DNA from: an uncultured Nitrososphaerota archaeon
GTDB lineage: Archaea > Thermoproteota > Nitrososphaeria > Nitrososphaerales > Gagatemarchaeaceae
Assembly (NCBI GenBank): GCA_963703285.1
Contig: OY969807.1
Coordinates: 544,001-608,000 of the forward strand
Reading direction: 5' to 3'
DNA length: 64,000 nucleotides
Each line of letters starts with the position of its first letter. Position 1 is the stretch's first letter. The position numbers and the translations under genes were made by a program. Below are positions 39,126-49,865 of this stretch, piece after piece. Under the pieces are notes generated by a model. That model had not been told where the DNA came from. It saw only the letters and a list, made by a program, of their open reading frames with translations, and did no database searches.

Positions 39126-39426
39126 GTAGCCGCCTTACAAGAGCCTTAAGGTGCGTTCGAAGGTCAGCATTCGATCCCCGCACCACCCCTCTCCGACACG
39201 GCGTTCGCAGGCTAGGGGCTGGCAGGGGCGATTATGTCTGTGCAATGAGTGCAATCGAGGGCATTGCGAGCCCGGTGGTCAGCGCCCCTGCGGCGTCTGC
39301 CCTATCAGTTGCCTAGCATCGTTCACAACTCTCGACAGGGCTCTCTCGTGTGTCGTCCATTCACGTGACAATCATTGTTCGGCGTAGCAAATGCATCGAA
39401 GAATATGGGAAAAAATCTCGACCTAT

Positions 39427-41062
39427 TCAGCCGAGGCCGTACCGCTTCACCTTTTCAATGTCAAGACCGCGCTTCGTGCACATCCTCTCGATGTAGTGCA
39501 GCAGCCCCCACCCGCCGAGGTTGAGCACCATGGCCATTCCAGCACGTCGAAAGAGGTTGCCCTGGCTGTCGCTGACAGCGTCCCTCTTTACCATCTTCGC
39601 CAGGTGCCTGTAGCAAGCGTAGTACACAGCGAGCTGCGACTCGTCGAGAATCTCGGCCGAGAATGTGCGGTTCTTTATCAGCCCGAGCGGCACGTTCTGC
39701 ATGGGTGTGACGGTGAACTCTGAGGGCATGCTGCCGACGTCCATCTCGCTCAGCCGGTTGACCATCGCCACCGTCTCCCAGTTGTCGTCGGGCGCCTCGT
39801 CCATCTGTCCGACCTGGACCGTGAACGCCGGCCGCCAGTAGGCGCGGTTCATCGCCCTCACGCCCTCCGCAACTATGGACTGCCAGGTCCCGTCGGGCCC
39901 TATCTTCAGCGGCAGGGTCTTGTTTGGCATGTGTCTGAGGGCCAGCTTGTCGCTGCCGGTCTCGAGACCCACCTGTACCCCTATCCACTTGTCCGGACCG
40001 GCATGGACGACGGACGAAATCTCCTTGACCAGTTCAGGATAGCCCGCAGGGACGGAGATTCTCCCGTGTGTTGGGTTCGCATATTCGATACCCTTGACGC
40101 TCATGGTGGCCTCGAATAGCTCCTTTATCGCGTCCCCGTTGGGCGTGAAGTGGGGGCCATGCTGATACGCGAATATCTCGTCGCTGTGCAGCCAGGCGGC
40201 CGTCTTCCCGGACTTGGCGTTGACCTCCACCTCCTTCTTGACCATCTCCGGCGAGTAGTATCTTATGGGCCTGAGCGTCACCTCGCAAAAGTCACAGCCG
40301 ATGCCGCAGCCTCGCATCACCTCGCTCAACCCCTTCACGGTGGGAGCCTGAATCAGGGGTATGTCATCCAGCGTCGGGAACTGCTTTGAGTTACGCGTGC
40401 CGCGTTATGAAGCGGTCGTGCTTCACCCACTGCTTGTGGAATCCCTCGTCGAAAGACTGGTAACCCTGGAAGTAGCCCTTCTCGTAGATCGCGTTCTGGG
40501 TTATGTCCTCAAGCACTTCGTTGATTATGTCGTCTGCCTCGCCCTGGAACGCAAGGTCGATGCCGAGCTCTTCCATCACCTCCGGCATCACGGTCAGTTC
40601 CCAGACTCCGGGTCCGCCGACGACCACCTTGGCCTTCTTGCCCTTCCTGGCACGGTCGATCGTCTTCATCAGCCGCTCGAATTCGACCCTCACCCACGCC
40701 TTGGAGTGGTCGCCGAAGAGTATCGAGTAGGACATGGTCAGGGGGCCTAGACCCAGCGGGTCCATCGTGTAGACACCGATTATCTCGGTGTCGTCCTTGA
40801 TGAAGGAGGTCGCGTAGTCCTCGTGGGGGATGACCACTTCCTCTCTCTTGTGCTGCGCCAGGAGCGCGGACTCGAGCTTTCTAAGGGCGTATGGGGCGAT
40901 TATGGCTCTACCGCTGTCGTCCGGCGTCCGTTTCCCCTTCAGAAAGTTGTAGAGAAACTCGGGGAGGGTTCCGCTCGGCGCACAGGGCAGAAAGTCGAGG
41001 AGTGGGAAGTTGTTGTACTCGCGGGAGAGGCTGGGATCCGAGATGAAGACGTATTTGGCCAT
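39427..41062 (-). CDS. Radical SAM protein, GDGT ring synthase (Grs)-like, with a +1 frameshift at ~40393
   Basis: APYALRKLESAL, TMDPLGLGP and VVGGPG in the first ORF; EVMRGCGIGCDFC in the second; frames join with one base removed. Confidence 0.65.
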
Positions 41063-41202
41063 CTGTCTATCTCGTCTCCACGCGCAGCGCCGAAGGAGAC
41101 GCTGCGGCTATACCCAGGCTCAGCACGACCGTGTTGGATCCGTTCGCGTGCATGGGTTCGAGTCTCGGGCGACCGGTCCAGCTCAGGGTTGCCAACAGCG
41201 GT

Positions 41203-42837
41203 TCAGCGCGCCTCCTTGACTAGGAAGTATGGATTCTTCCCTCCGGTCTCGAGGTAGATGACCCTGCTGGAGAATCCCCTGAGTTCCTCAATCGTCTCCT
41301 TCGAGACGCCCGCCATGTCCCTCAGGGATGTGTATAGTTTGTGAGTACTCGCCAGCTGTCCCGGAAACTTCGCTATCTCCCTCACGTACTCTGGCATCAT
41401 GTTGAAAGCGAATTTCTGCGCGTTTAGCATCAGGTCTCTCTTGAATCCCTTGAGCTTGCGTTCTGCGTCGCGCCTGACCTTGCCCTTGAACCAATTCAGG
41501 ACGTAGAACGAGTAGTTGCCGTAGAACTGGAGCAGCTGTATGAGTGCTGGGTTGACTCTCGTCTTCATGACGGGGGTCGAGACATCGTACCTGTTCCAGT
41601 CGAGTGTGAAGAGCCTGTTGTTCTTCAGAGCGTCATCGAATATCCTCGTACCCGGCAGAGGAGTGTATATGGTGAACTGCACCCCATTGGCACCGGCATC
41701 CGCGAGCCGGTGAGAGAACCGCACCGTGGCGAGCATGTCTCCGAAGCTCTCGTATGGCGCGCCTAGCATCATCCCGACGAGGACGATGACTCCGTTCTCG
41801 CTGAGGACCCTCACAGCCTTGACGGACTGAGGTGTAAGGAGGCCCTTGTGCATCTTCTTGAGCGTCTCTTGGCTTCCTGACTCGACCCCGAGGAAAGCGA
41901 GGCGCATGCCCGCCTCGGCGCCCCTCCCGATGAGCTCAGGGTTCCTTGCGGTTACGTCAGCCCTCATTTGGACAATCCACTTGAACCGGTCATATCCGTT
42001 CTCTATCATTGCGTTGAAGAGTGCCATCCTCTGGTCCACGTTCGGGTGGACGACGAAGATGTCGTCGGTGAAGAAGATCCAGTCATACCCAAGCCTTTTC
42101 GCGAGTTCTAGCTCCATGAGTATCCTCTTGTTGGACTTGTTCCTCCACTTGTGCCCCCACGTCGGTGTGACGGAGCAGAAGTCGCAGGCGTAAGGGCAGC
42201 CCCTGGACGTTTCGAGGCAGGTGATGCTCCCCTCGCCGAATAGCTTGATTGTGTAGAGCTCTTTCCTAACGAGGTGAAGGGCCGGAAGAGGTAGGGTGTC
42301 CAGGTTCGGAATGAGGGCCCTCGGCGTGTTTTGCACTATGCTTGATTTTCCGTACTCCTTCTTGTTGAAGAGGATGCCCGGGATCTTCTCGAACCTCTCT
42401 CCGCCTCGCAACGCGGCGGCTATCTCGGTTATCGTCTGGTCGCCCTCTCCGAGCGCGACTACATCGAAACCGTTCCTGAGAAGGTCGTAGGGGACGAATG
42501 TCGCGTGGTGCCCTCCGGCGACGAGGAGGGTGTTCTCCTTCCCCTCCTTCACCCTCTTGGCGATCTCGGTCGAAGTCCCGTGGGCGGCGGTCGCGTGAAT
42601 GGTAAGCCCGACCATGTCCGGGTCGAAGCTCAGAGCCTCCTTTACAGCATCCTCGACTGTCCTCTTTTCGTCGGCCTCCATATCGATGACCCTGACTTCG
42701 GAATCTTCAAGCGTCAGAAGAGAGGAGGCGAGCTGAAGGAGGCCGAGGGGTAACGGCAGAAAGCCAAATTTTGTGAGGTAGGCGCTCCCGCCTGGGTTCG
42801 ATGGCCTTATGAGAACCGTCTTCATCTTCCATGCCAC
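41203..42837 (-). CDS. B12-binding radical SAM protein (calditol-synthase-like candidate)
   Basis: PLGLLQLA, GGHHATF, GEGD, TSRGCPYACDFC, GVESGS and TPLPGT motifs. Confidence 0.8.
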   Translation of the reverse strand: MAWKMKTVLIRPSNPGGSAYLTKFGFLPLPLGLLQLASSLLTLEDSEVRVIDMEADEKRTVEDAVKEALSFDPDMVGLTIHATAAHGTSTEIAKRVKEGKENTLLVAGGHHATFVPYDLLRNGFDVVALGEGDQTITEIAAALRGGERFEKIPGILFNKKEYGKSSIVQNTPRALIPNLDTLPLPALHLVRKELYTIKLFGEGSITCLETSRGCPYACDFCSVTPTWGHKWRNKSNKRILMELELAKRLGYDWIFFTDDIFVVHPNVDQRMALFNAMIENGYDRFKWIVQMRADVTARNPELIGRGAEAGMRLAFLGVESGSQETLKKMHKGLLTPQSVKAVRVLSENGVIVLVGMMLGAPYESFGDMLATVRFSHRLADAGANGVQFTIYTPLPGTRIFDDALKNNRLFTLDWNRYDVSTPVMKTRVNPALIQLLQFYGNYSFYVLNWFKGKVRRDAERKLKGFKRDLMLNAQKFAFNMMPEYVREIAKFPGQLASTHKLYTSLRDMAGVSKETIEELRGFSSRVIYLETGGKNPYFLVKEAR

Positions 42838-42840
42838 CGC

Positions 42841-43317
42841 CTATCCGCCGGGTCTGGACATCTCCCTCTGGAGCTTCGCAAGAAGACCGCGGAGCGTCTC
42901 CTGTTCTTCCGTCGTGAATCCCTGAAGGGCTCTCCGCATCATCTCGCTGTACCTTACAGCCACCCTCTCTTGCACCGCCCTCCCCTCTGTGGTAAGCTCT
43001 ATGATCGTAGCTCTCCTGTCTCCTTGGCGGGCCACCCTCTTGACGAGTCCCTTGTGCTCCAGCCTGTCTATTATCCCGGTGACGTTGGCAGGAGTAACGA
43101 GCATCTCCTCGCTGATCTTACACATGAGCATGGCTCCCTTCCTTGAAAGCACCCTCAAAGCGATAAACTGTGGCTGAGTCAGATCCTCCTTGGCGAGCAG
43201 CTCTGCGATGCTGCGATGCATCGCCTTGTAAGTGGCGATGACGGCGTTGTAGGTCTCGTTCTGCTGCTCCTCAGCCAGCGCCAGTGGTCCGACCATGCTT
43301 TTAGAAGTGATAATCAA
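42841..43317 (-). CDS. MarR-family regulator
   Basis: LTQPQF.AL, VTGIIDRLEHKGLV and DRRATIIELTTEG motifs. Confidence 0.92.
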   Translation of the reverse strand: MIITSKSMVGPLALAEEQQNETYNAVIATYKAMHRSIAELLAKEDLTQPQFIALRVLSRKGAMLMCKISEEMLVTPANVTGIIDRLEHKGLVKRVARQGDRRATIIELTTEGRAVQERVAVRYSEMMRRALQGFTTEEQETLRGLLAKLQREMSRPGG

Positions 43318-43359
43318 AGTATAAATAATTAATCCTTTAACTTTTCCGACGTCGCATCC

Positions 43360-44217
43360 TTGAATTCAAGCAGGATAATCTCCGAGGCTGTCACTTTTGG
43401 AGGCACGCGAGGAGTCGTGGAAGCCTATCTCTCCAGGCCCGAGACGAACGAACCACGTCCCGCGATCGTCGTGATACACGAGGCGTGGGGGCTTGTAGAG
43501 CACACGAAGGACGTAGCGGACAGGTTCGCGAGGGAGGGCTACGTGGCGCTCGCTCCCAACCTCTTCTCCTCGGACCCGGAGCTTGTTTTGCTGCTCACGC
43601 CTCAGAACATCGGGGTCGCCATGGGCTTCATGCAGACTCTCTCCCCCGAGAGAAGGGCGGACATGGCGTACGTGCAGGAAGAGCTGGCAAAACAGCCAGC
43701 GGCGACAAGAGACGTGACCCAAAGGGTGATGGGCAAGATGTTCGGAGGATTGCCGAAGGAAGCCCTGACGAAAGAGGCGGTAAAGGCGGTGGAGCACCTG
43801 AACTCGCAGAATTACGTCAAGAGGGACTCGATAGGCACGGTAGGCTTCTGCTTCGGAGGAGGCGTCTCGATAAACACAGCGTGCCACACCAAGACGGAAG
43901 CGTGCATCGTCTTCTACGGTGAGAATCCCTCGCCGATAGAGCTCGTCGAGAGCATCCAGTGTCCCGTGCTTGGTCTGTACGGCGGAGAGGACATGCGCAT
44001 AAACGCGAACCTCGACAAGCTGGTCACCGCGATGGTGCGCTACAAGAAGGACTTTCAGATGAAGCTCTACCCTGGAGCACCGCACGCTTTCTTCAACGAC
44101 ACGAACAAGGCAACCTACAGGGAAGAAGCCGCAAAGGACGCCTGGGACCTGGCGCTCCGCTTCTTCGCGCATTCGTTACATCGGGCTAGCGGGTTGCGCG
44201 CATCACCCGCCGCTTGA
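43360..44217 (+). CDS. Dienelactone hydrolase family protein
   Basis: HEAWGL, GFCFGG nucleophile, YGGED and [11 protein letters not shown] motifs. Confidence 0.92.
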   Translation: MNSSRIISEAVTFGGTRGVVEAYLSRPETNEPRPAIVVIHEAWGLVEHTKDVADRFAREGYVALAPNLFSSDPELVLLLTPQNIGVAMGFMQTLSPERRADMAYVQEELAKQPAATRDVTQRVMGKMFGGLPKEALTKEAVKAVEHLNSQNYVKRDSIGTVGFCFGGGVSINTACHTKTEACIVFYGENPSPIELVESIQCPVLGLYGGEDMRINANLDKLVTAMVRYKKDFQMKLYPGAPHAFFNDTNKATYREEAAKDAWDLALRFFAHSLHRASGLRASPAA

Positions 44218-44290
44218 TTGGAGCAGAGGTGCAAGCTTAACGGTCGAATACAAGTGGGTCGCGCTCTCCAACACAACAATCGGGACGCTC

Positions 44291-45994
44291 ATGGCAGGCA
44301 TCGACGGCACCATCGTCCTGATCTCCCTCCCCGCGATTTTCCGAGGCCTATCGATCAATCCCCTCACTTCGTTCCAGTACCTTCTATGGATCCTCTTTGG
44401 ATACAGCCTGGTGACCTCGGTCCTCCTCGTCTCATTTGGCCGAATCTCGGACATGTTCGGGAGGGTCAGGCTGTTCAACCTGGGCTTCGTGATCTTCACG
44501 GTGGGCTCGCTGCTCTGCGCCGCCACCCCAAGTACCGGTGATTTGGGTGCGACGGAGCTCATCGGGTTCAGGATAATCCAGGGGGTCGGAGGCGCCTTCC
44601 TGTTCGCCAACAGCGCCGCGATCCTGACCGACGCTTTCCCCGAGAACGAGAGAGGAAAGGCTCTCGGGATAAACATGACCGCGGTCATCGCCGGCTCCAT
44701 CATCGGTTTGGTTCTGGGCGGAATCCTCGCCCTCTTCGACTGGCGCTATATCTTCCTGGTGAGCGTGCCGGTCGGGGCGCTTGGCACAGTCTGGTCCTAT
44801 GCTAAGCTCAAGGAGATTGCGGCCAGAAGAAAGAATCAGAGGCTCGACATACTGGGCAACGCCACCTTCGGGGGAGGCCTTACCCTGTTGCTCGTAGGGG
44901 TTACCTACGCCCTGATTCCGTTCGGAACCTCGTCGATGGGCTGGGGCGACCCCTGGGTCATCGCCTCCCTGGCTGCAGGGTTCGCCCTGCTCGTGGCCTT
45001 CCCGTTCGTAGAGCGCAGGGTGGCGGACCCTATGTTCAGGCTGGAGCTGTTCAGGAACCGCATGTTCAGCGCAGCGAATTTTGCCGGTTTTCTGTCCTCG
45101 ATGGGGAGGGGTGGAGTCCAGATAATGCTCATCATCCTCCTCCAGGGGATATGGCTCCCGCTGCACGGGATCAGCTACCAGTCCACGCCGTTCTGGGCGG
45201 GGGTCTACATGATTCCGATGATTCTCGGATTCGTGATAATGGGTCCGCTTAGCGGATTCCTCTCGGACAAGTACGGGGCGAGGACGTTTGCCACCCTAGG
45301 GATGGTCGTCACGGCCAGCACGTTTCTAGCGCTTTCGCTCCTTCCATACGATTTCAGCTACCCGATTTTCGCGATAATCATCTTCGTCATGGGGCTCGGG
45401 GGAGGGATGTTCGCAGCTCCGAACACCGCGTCAATCATGAACGCGGTGCCGGCGGAGGACAGGGGTGCGGCCTCCGGAATGAGGGCGACGCTTCAGAACA
45501 CGGGGCAGACGGTGAGCCTGGCGATCTTCTTCACCGTGATAATCACGGGGCTGTCCACGAGCCTGCCGAACGCGCTCTCAGCCGCTATGACGAACGCCGG
45601 GGTGCCGCAGCTCGCTAGCGCGTTCACCTCAATCTCACCGACTAGCGCCCTCTTCTCCGCTTTCCTCGGGTACAACCCGATGCAGTCCATTCTCTCCACG
45701 CCGCAGCTCTCTTCGGTGGTTAGCCAGATACCCCAGACGGCTCTGACCTATCTGGAGGGGAAGACCTTCTTCCCGACCGCGATAGCCTCCGCGTTCATCT
45801 CGGCGCTCGATCTTTCATTCTACATAGGTGCGGGGCTGTCTGTTGCAGCCGCCGTCGCATCGCTTCTGAGGGGTAAGAAGTACGTATACCGCGCGAAAGA
45901 GGAGGCCGTTCCGATCGCTTCTCCACCACCGCTGACTCCCAAATCGCGAAGAGCCGCACCAATAGCTCGTGGTGAAGGTTACACCACCGAATAG
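44291..45994 (+). CDS. MFS transporter (DHA2/EmrB-like, 14 TMS); true start probably slightly upstream
   Basis: [22 protein letters not shown] and ERGKALG motifs. Confidence 0.92.
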   Translation: MAGIDGTIVLISLPAIFRGLSINPLTSFQYLLWILFGYSLVTSVLLVSFGRISDMFGRVRLFNLGFVIFTVGSLLCAATPSTGDLGATELIGFRIIQGVGGAFLFANSAAILTDAFPENERGKALGINMTAVIAGSIIGLVLGGILALFDWRYIFLVSVPVGALGTVWSYAKLKEIAARRKNQRLDILGNATFGGGLTLLLVGVTYALIPFGTSSMGWGDPWVIASLAAGFALLVAFPFVERRVADPMFRLELFRNRMFSAANFAGFLSSMGRGGVQIMLIILLQGIWLPLHGISYQSTPFWAGVYMIPMILGFVIMGPLSGFLSDKYGARTFATLGMVVTASTFLALSLLPYDFSYPIFAIIIFVMGLGGGMFAAPNTASIMNAVPAEDRGAASGMRATLQNTGQTVSLAIFFTVIITGLSTSLPNALSAAMTNAGVPQLASAFTSISPTSALFSAFLGYNPMQSILSTPQLSSVVSQIPQTALTYLEGKTFFPTAIASAFISALDLSFYIGAGLSVAAAVASLLRGKKYVYRAKEEAVPIASPPPLTPKSRRAAPIARGEGYTTE

Positions 45995-46746
45995 GCCGCG
46001 TGGCAGCAACACTCAATCTGGGAGGCTGGGGGCTGCTGCACTTCATAGAGAGACTGCGCAAGGAGCGCCCCCTCCACCTTGAGAAGACAAAGCGGTATGG
46101 TCTCGAGTGAGACTGACCCCCGGCTACATCGCATCGAACCTGGCGAAGACACGAAGAAGAATGTTGGCTAGCCGGTACGACTGGAGTCGCAGGAAGTAGA
46201 AGGCAAAGACTACGAACGATGCCACCTCAAACGCGAAGAAGTGAAGAGAGAGGCCTATGGTAATTAGGATTGGGAGGACAAGCTGCCTTCTGTATCCTAC
46301 CGCAATGAGAAGAAAATACAGGCTTGAGACAAACGTCATGTATCTCGTGCTGATTCTGTTCTTCCACCCGTCTACCGCCCTCAACGCCCCAGATGTCTTG
46401 ATTCGCACGTCCCTGACACACTCAGACACCACGGTGCGCTATTTTAGCGCAACGAAGCCTCCGTCCATCTAGGAGCATGGAAAGATGGTCTATCCATTCC
46501 CGTCGCCTAAATCAAGAACTCATCCTTGTCGTCGGCCCACGTGACCTTGGCGTCGTAGTCCAAGGCCCCCCGCCTGGTCTTCTCTCCGACGCCGAGCTTC
46601 GATGCCCGATTTGATCAATCCGGTATACTGGTAATTTCGTCCCAAAGCCGCGCCGCAGGAATAGATTACACAAGTATATCTTGAACGATGTACAGAACTA
46701 TAGTCGGGCATCACGCAAAGCGGTGGCGAATCCGCAGCGTGCCGCT

Positions 46747-47127
46747 TCAGCCGTTCGTCGGAGCGGCCATTCTCGTCTCGGCGTAGTGCGCCATGCCCTG
46801 GAAGTCGACGACGACCACCGGTTCATTCCCGACGACCCAGGCGTCGTGCGGGCATGGCACGAAGGAGACCTCGCCCGCCTTCGCGACCTTCGAGGTCCCG
46901 TCGCTCATCTCGATGTGCAGCCTGCCCGAGAGGTGATACTGGAAGTGAGGGGCGTCGCACCACTCGGTCCCCTCGTGCTGCTTGAGGGACGTCGACCAGC
47001 GCCAGCCGGGCTGGTAGACCGCGCGCTCCACCCTCACACCGCCGATCCTCGCGATCTCGACCCTGCCGTTCCTGAACCTCCGAGTCTCCTCAGGCTCGTC
47101 GAAACTTATTACCTCCAAGCTCTCCAA
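46747..47127 (-). CDS. Cupin-domain protein
   Basis: QPGWRWS...CDAPHFQYHLSG...PHDAWVVG. Confidence 0.85.
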   Translation of the reverse strand: MESLEVISFDEPEETRRFRNGRVEIARIGGVRVERAVYQPGWRWSTSLKQHEGTEWCDAPHFQYHLSGRLHIEMSDGTSKVAKAGEVSFVPCPHDAWVVGNEPVVVVDFQGMAHYAETRMAAPTNG

Positions 47128-47944
47128 GTTACCTTCAACTATTCGGATTACGTCCAGTCGCTATAACACTATGCACGCAAATTTTCTCAACTGCACGCAG
47201 CGCTGGGACTGCACTGGGCAGTCTCGAGTCAACCAGTCGGTTGCTGGAACCCAGTCACAAGCAAGCGATGTAGTGACTTCTAGCCAAATCCCCCGAAGTC
47301 GAACCCTATTCAATCGCCTTAACCTAAGATTGCGACTACGCGAAGTCGACTATCGCAAGTAGAACTATCGTGACGACAAGAACCGCTGCCCCTATCGTTA
47401 GGTTTCTATTGATCCTCTCCAATCTGCGCACGTTCCCTTCCGCTGTGTCCATTCCCATTCTCTTTCACCTCTCGCTCAAACGATCAGCAAGACGAGCGCG
47501 ACCACGGACAGAACGGCCACTACAATTGCCAGTTGTTCCGTTCTCTTCAGTGCCCTTTCGTAGCGGTCCGAGGTATCAAAGGTGTTGGTCATTTCGAATA
47601 ACACTTCTGTGCAAGAGTCGGAGGGTTCGATTATTAAACTCTGAGGCTCATGTGGGAAAGGAAGGCGGCGGAGAAAATTACCGACGAGTCGTAAAGGAAT
47701 TAAAAGACGGGAGACACGTCAGGAGTAGATGGAGTAATAGAAATCCGTGCTGAAGATTCCAGCAGATCTTCAATCATTCTTCACACCTGAAGTCCTTACG
47801 AAGGTAGTAGACTCCGAACGTGGTATCGAGGTGGAAATGAACCAGCCAGATAGAGTCGGTTAGGATTGTCGAAAGGTAGCCATTTTGGCCGAAATCTTCG
47901 AACTCAGCCCAGCCCACATCTATATTGATGAGGCTAACGACCTC

Positions 47945-49078
47945 TCACATTGGATCGGATGCTCTCTGGTTGAGCAGGATCCTCGTGTCACCGACAAGGT
48001 TCATCAGATTGAGAGGCTTAAGGTCGTAGGCGTACGAGTACCCCCTGACGCACGTCCTAAGGCACATGTTGCAGTTCTCAGCTCTGGCCACGTGATTCCG
48101 GTAGAGGTCGCTCGAAAAATAGTCCTCGAAAGACCCCTTCTTGAGGTCGTAGCTGTGGTCGAAGGTGCAACTGTAAATCTTCTTGTCGGGGGAGACGTAG
48201 ACGAACATCTTCGGGAAGTGGCAAGTCCAGCTCCTTCCTTCGACGAAGTGCTTCAGCACGTATTCGGTCTCCAACAGAGGATACCCTTCTCGCTTCAGTC
48301 TGAGCAGAGTGACGTAGAAGTCGTGGAGCTGCGCTCCGCTGAGCCCCAAGCTTTCGTTACTTCTACCCATGTTGGGTAAATCTGTCGACTCGTCCGAGCC
48401 GAGGCCCGATGCGGGCTCTGGGAAACCGTAAGAGATGCCTGCGGGCTCTACGGTATTGTAGGATATGCCGACCCTCAGGTACCTCGCCAGCTTCGCCATC
48501 GGCTCCATCGCATCGAGATTGTATGTGCCGATGGTCGTCACCAGTATGACCCGAGTCTTACCCGCCTCCCTTATTCTGTTGATTCCCCTCATCGCGTCGT
48601 CAAATGAACCACGCCTCCCCCTGATAGTGTCGTGGTAATCATTGTAGTAGTCCAGCGAGACGAAAGCGAAATCGAGATTACTCAGGGACGCGGCCTTGCT
48701 TGCGAGCAGCGAAGCGTTCGTGTTCATCGTCGTCAGGAAGCCCTTGTTCTTCGCATAATCCACGATCTTTCCGATGTCCTTCCTGATGAGCGGCTCACCG
48801 CCAAAGACGTAGTAAGCGCGCATGCCAAAATCGTACGCTTCATCGAGAAGCTGGTAGACCTCCTCGGTGGAAAGGTCCTCCTTCATCCTCGGAGTCAACT
48901 GCCAGTATGTACACATTCTGCACTTGGAGTTGCAACCGAACGTGATGGCGTGGGCTAGGAAGAAGGGCTTGTGAGTGTAGACCCTTGATTTCAGCAGCGA
49001 GAGAGAGGAGTCAAGATACCTGGCTGCGTCCCCCCTTGCTCCTCCTTGATTCCTCCCGGGCTTCATGGCGACCACCAT
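47945..49078 (-). CDS. Radical SAM protein with C-terminal Cys cluster (SPASM/twitch-type)
   Basis: CNSKCRMC, GGEPLIR and CNMCLRTC motifs. Confidence 0.88.
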   Translation of the reverse strand: MVVAMKPGRNQGGARGDAARYLDSSLSLLKSRVYTHKPFFLAHAITFGCNSKCRMCTYWQLTPRMKEDLSTEEVYQLLDEAYDFGMRAYYVFGGEPLIRKDIGKIVDYAKNKGFLTTMNTNASLLASKAASLSNLDFAFVSLDYYNDYHDTIRGRRGSFDDAMRGINRIREAGKTRVILVTTIGTYNLDAMEPMAKLARYLRVGISYNTVEPAGISYGFPEPASGLGSDESTDLPNMGRSNESLGLSGAQLHDFYVTLLRLKREGYPLLETEYVLKHFVEGRSWTCHFPKMFVYVSPDKKIYSCTFDHSYDLKKGSFEDYFSSDLYRNHVARAENCNMCLRTCVRGYSYAYDLKPLNLMNLVGDTRILLNQRASDPM

Positions 49079-49446
49079 CGTAGACTTGCAGGCAGGTCGC
49101 TAATAAACACGGGAACGATTCTCAATCTCGGGAAAGATGTTGAGGGAAGTTTTCAGTGGTGCTGAAGACGGCTGGTCGATTCGACCACGAAAACAGCGAC
49201 CCATAGGTCTCAGTTGAGGGCGGGCGCTCTTCACATGGCTCGATATCAGTCCACAACAGCGATTTAGTCTCCAATCTCTGCTGAAATCGCTTCGCAACGG
49301 AGAGTCTCGGATGGATGACCATCCCAGGCATTTTTCCAGCCTGTCCACGTAAGCGCAACTCCACAGAGGGTGGAACTTGCCCAATGACCTCAAATCAACC
49401 TCCACCTCCCGCAAAAGCTTTAAGGAAGGGATTTAAACTCAGAGCT

Positions 49447-49548
49447 ATGGCACCAAAGAAGGGAAAGAAGAAGGTCGTGAAGCGAAAGACCTCGAAGAAG
49501 GTTGCTCCCGGTCCGGTCGCATCCACTCCCGAACCGGCGAAGGCATAA
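49447..49548 (+). CDS. 33-aa Lys-rich basic microprotein
   Basis: MAPKKGKKKVVKRKTSKKVAPGPVASTPEPAKA; tttaaa ~15 nt upstream; T-tract at ~49607. Confidence 0.6.
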   Translation: MAPKKGKKKVVKRKTSKKVAPGPVASTPEPAKA

Positions 49549-49865
49549 CCTAACCACCTTACGGCTAATCTTGACAGGACCCTCGTCCGAGCGGCGGGGT
49601 CATCCTTCTTTTTTGCTCTCAGGAGGAAGAGACTCGTGTCCTTTGACATTTCGACAGCCGCCTTCAAGTACAGGTTCCAACGAGCCTCAGAGTTAGTCAG
49701 TCGGGGTGCTCTTCCATCGCGAGACGAGACTACAACACCCTGTTCGAGAGGTCGCTCCAGAGGACTACCCTAACCAGCATCACGATGGAGCCAGAGAGCC
49801 GGCGGTCAGCGCCCCTGCGGCGTCAGCGTTCACACCTAAGGTCGTGTCGAGAGCCAACCATTTCA

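Noticed and set aside
46000-46720. Short ORFs between the MFS and cupin genes
   Set aside because: No motifs and conflicting frames; cannot support a call.
47170-47900. AT-richer intergenic ORFs
   Set aside because: Multiple stops and no recognisable family; probably decayed DNA.
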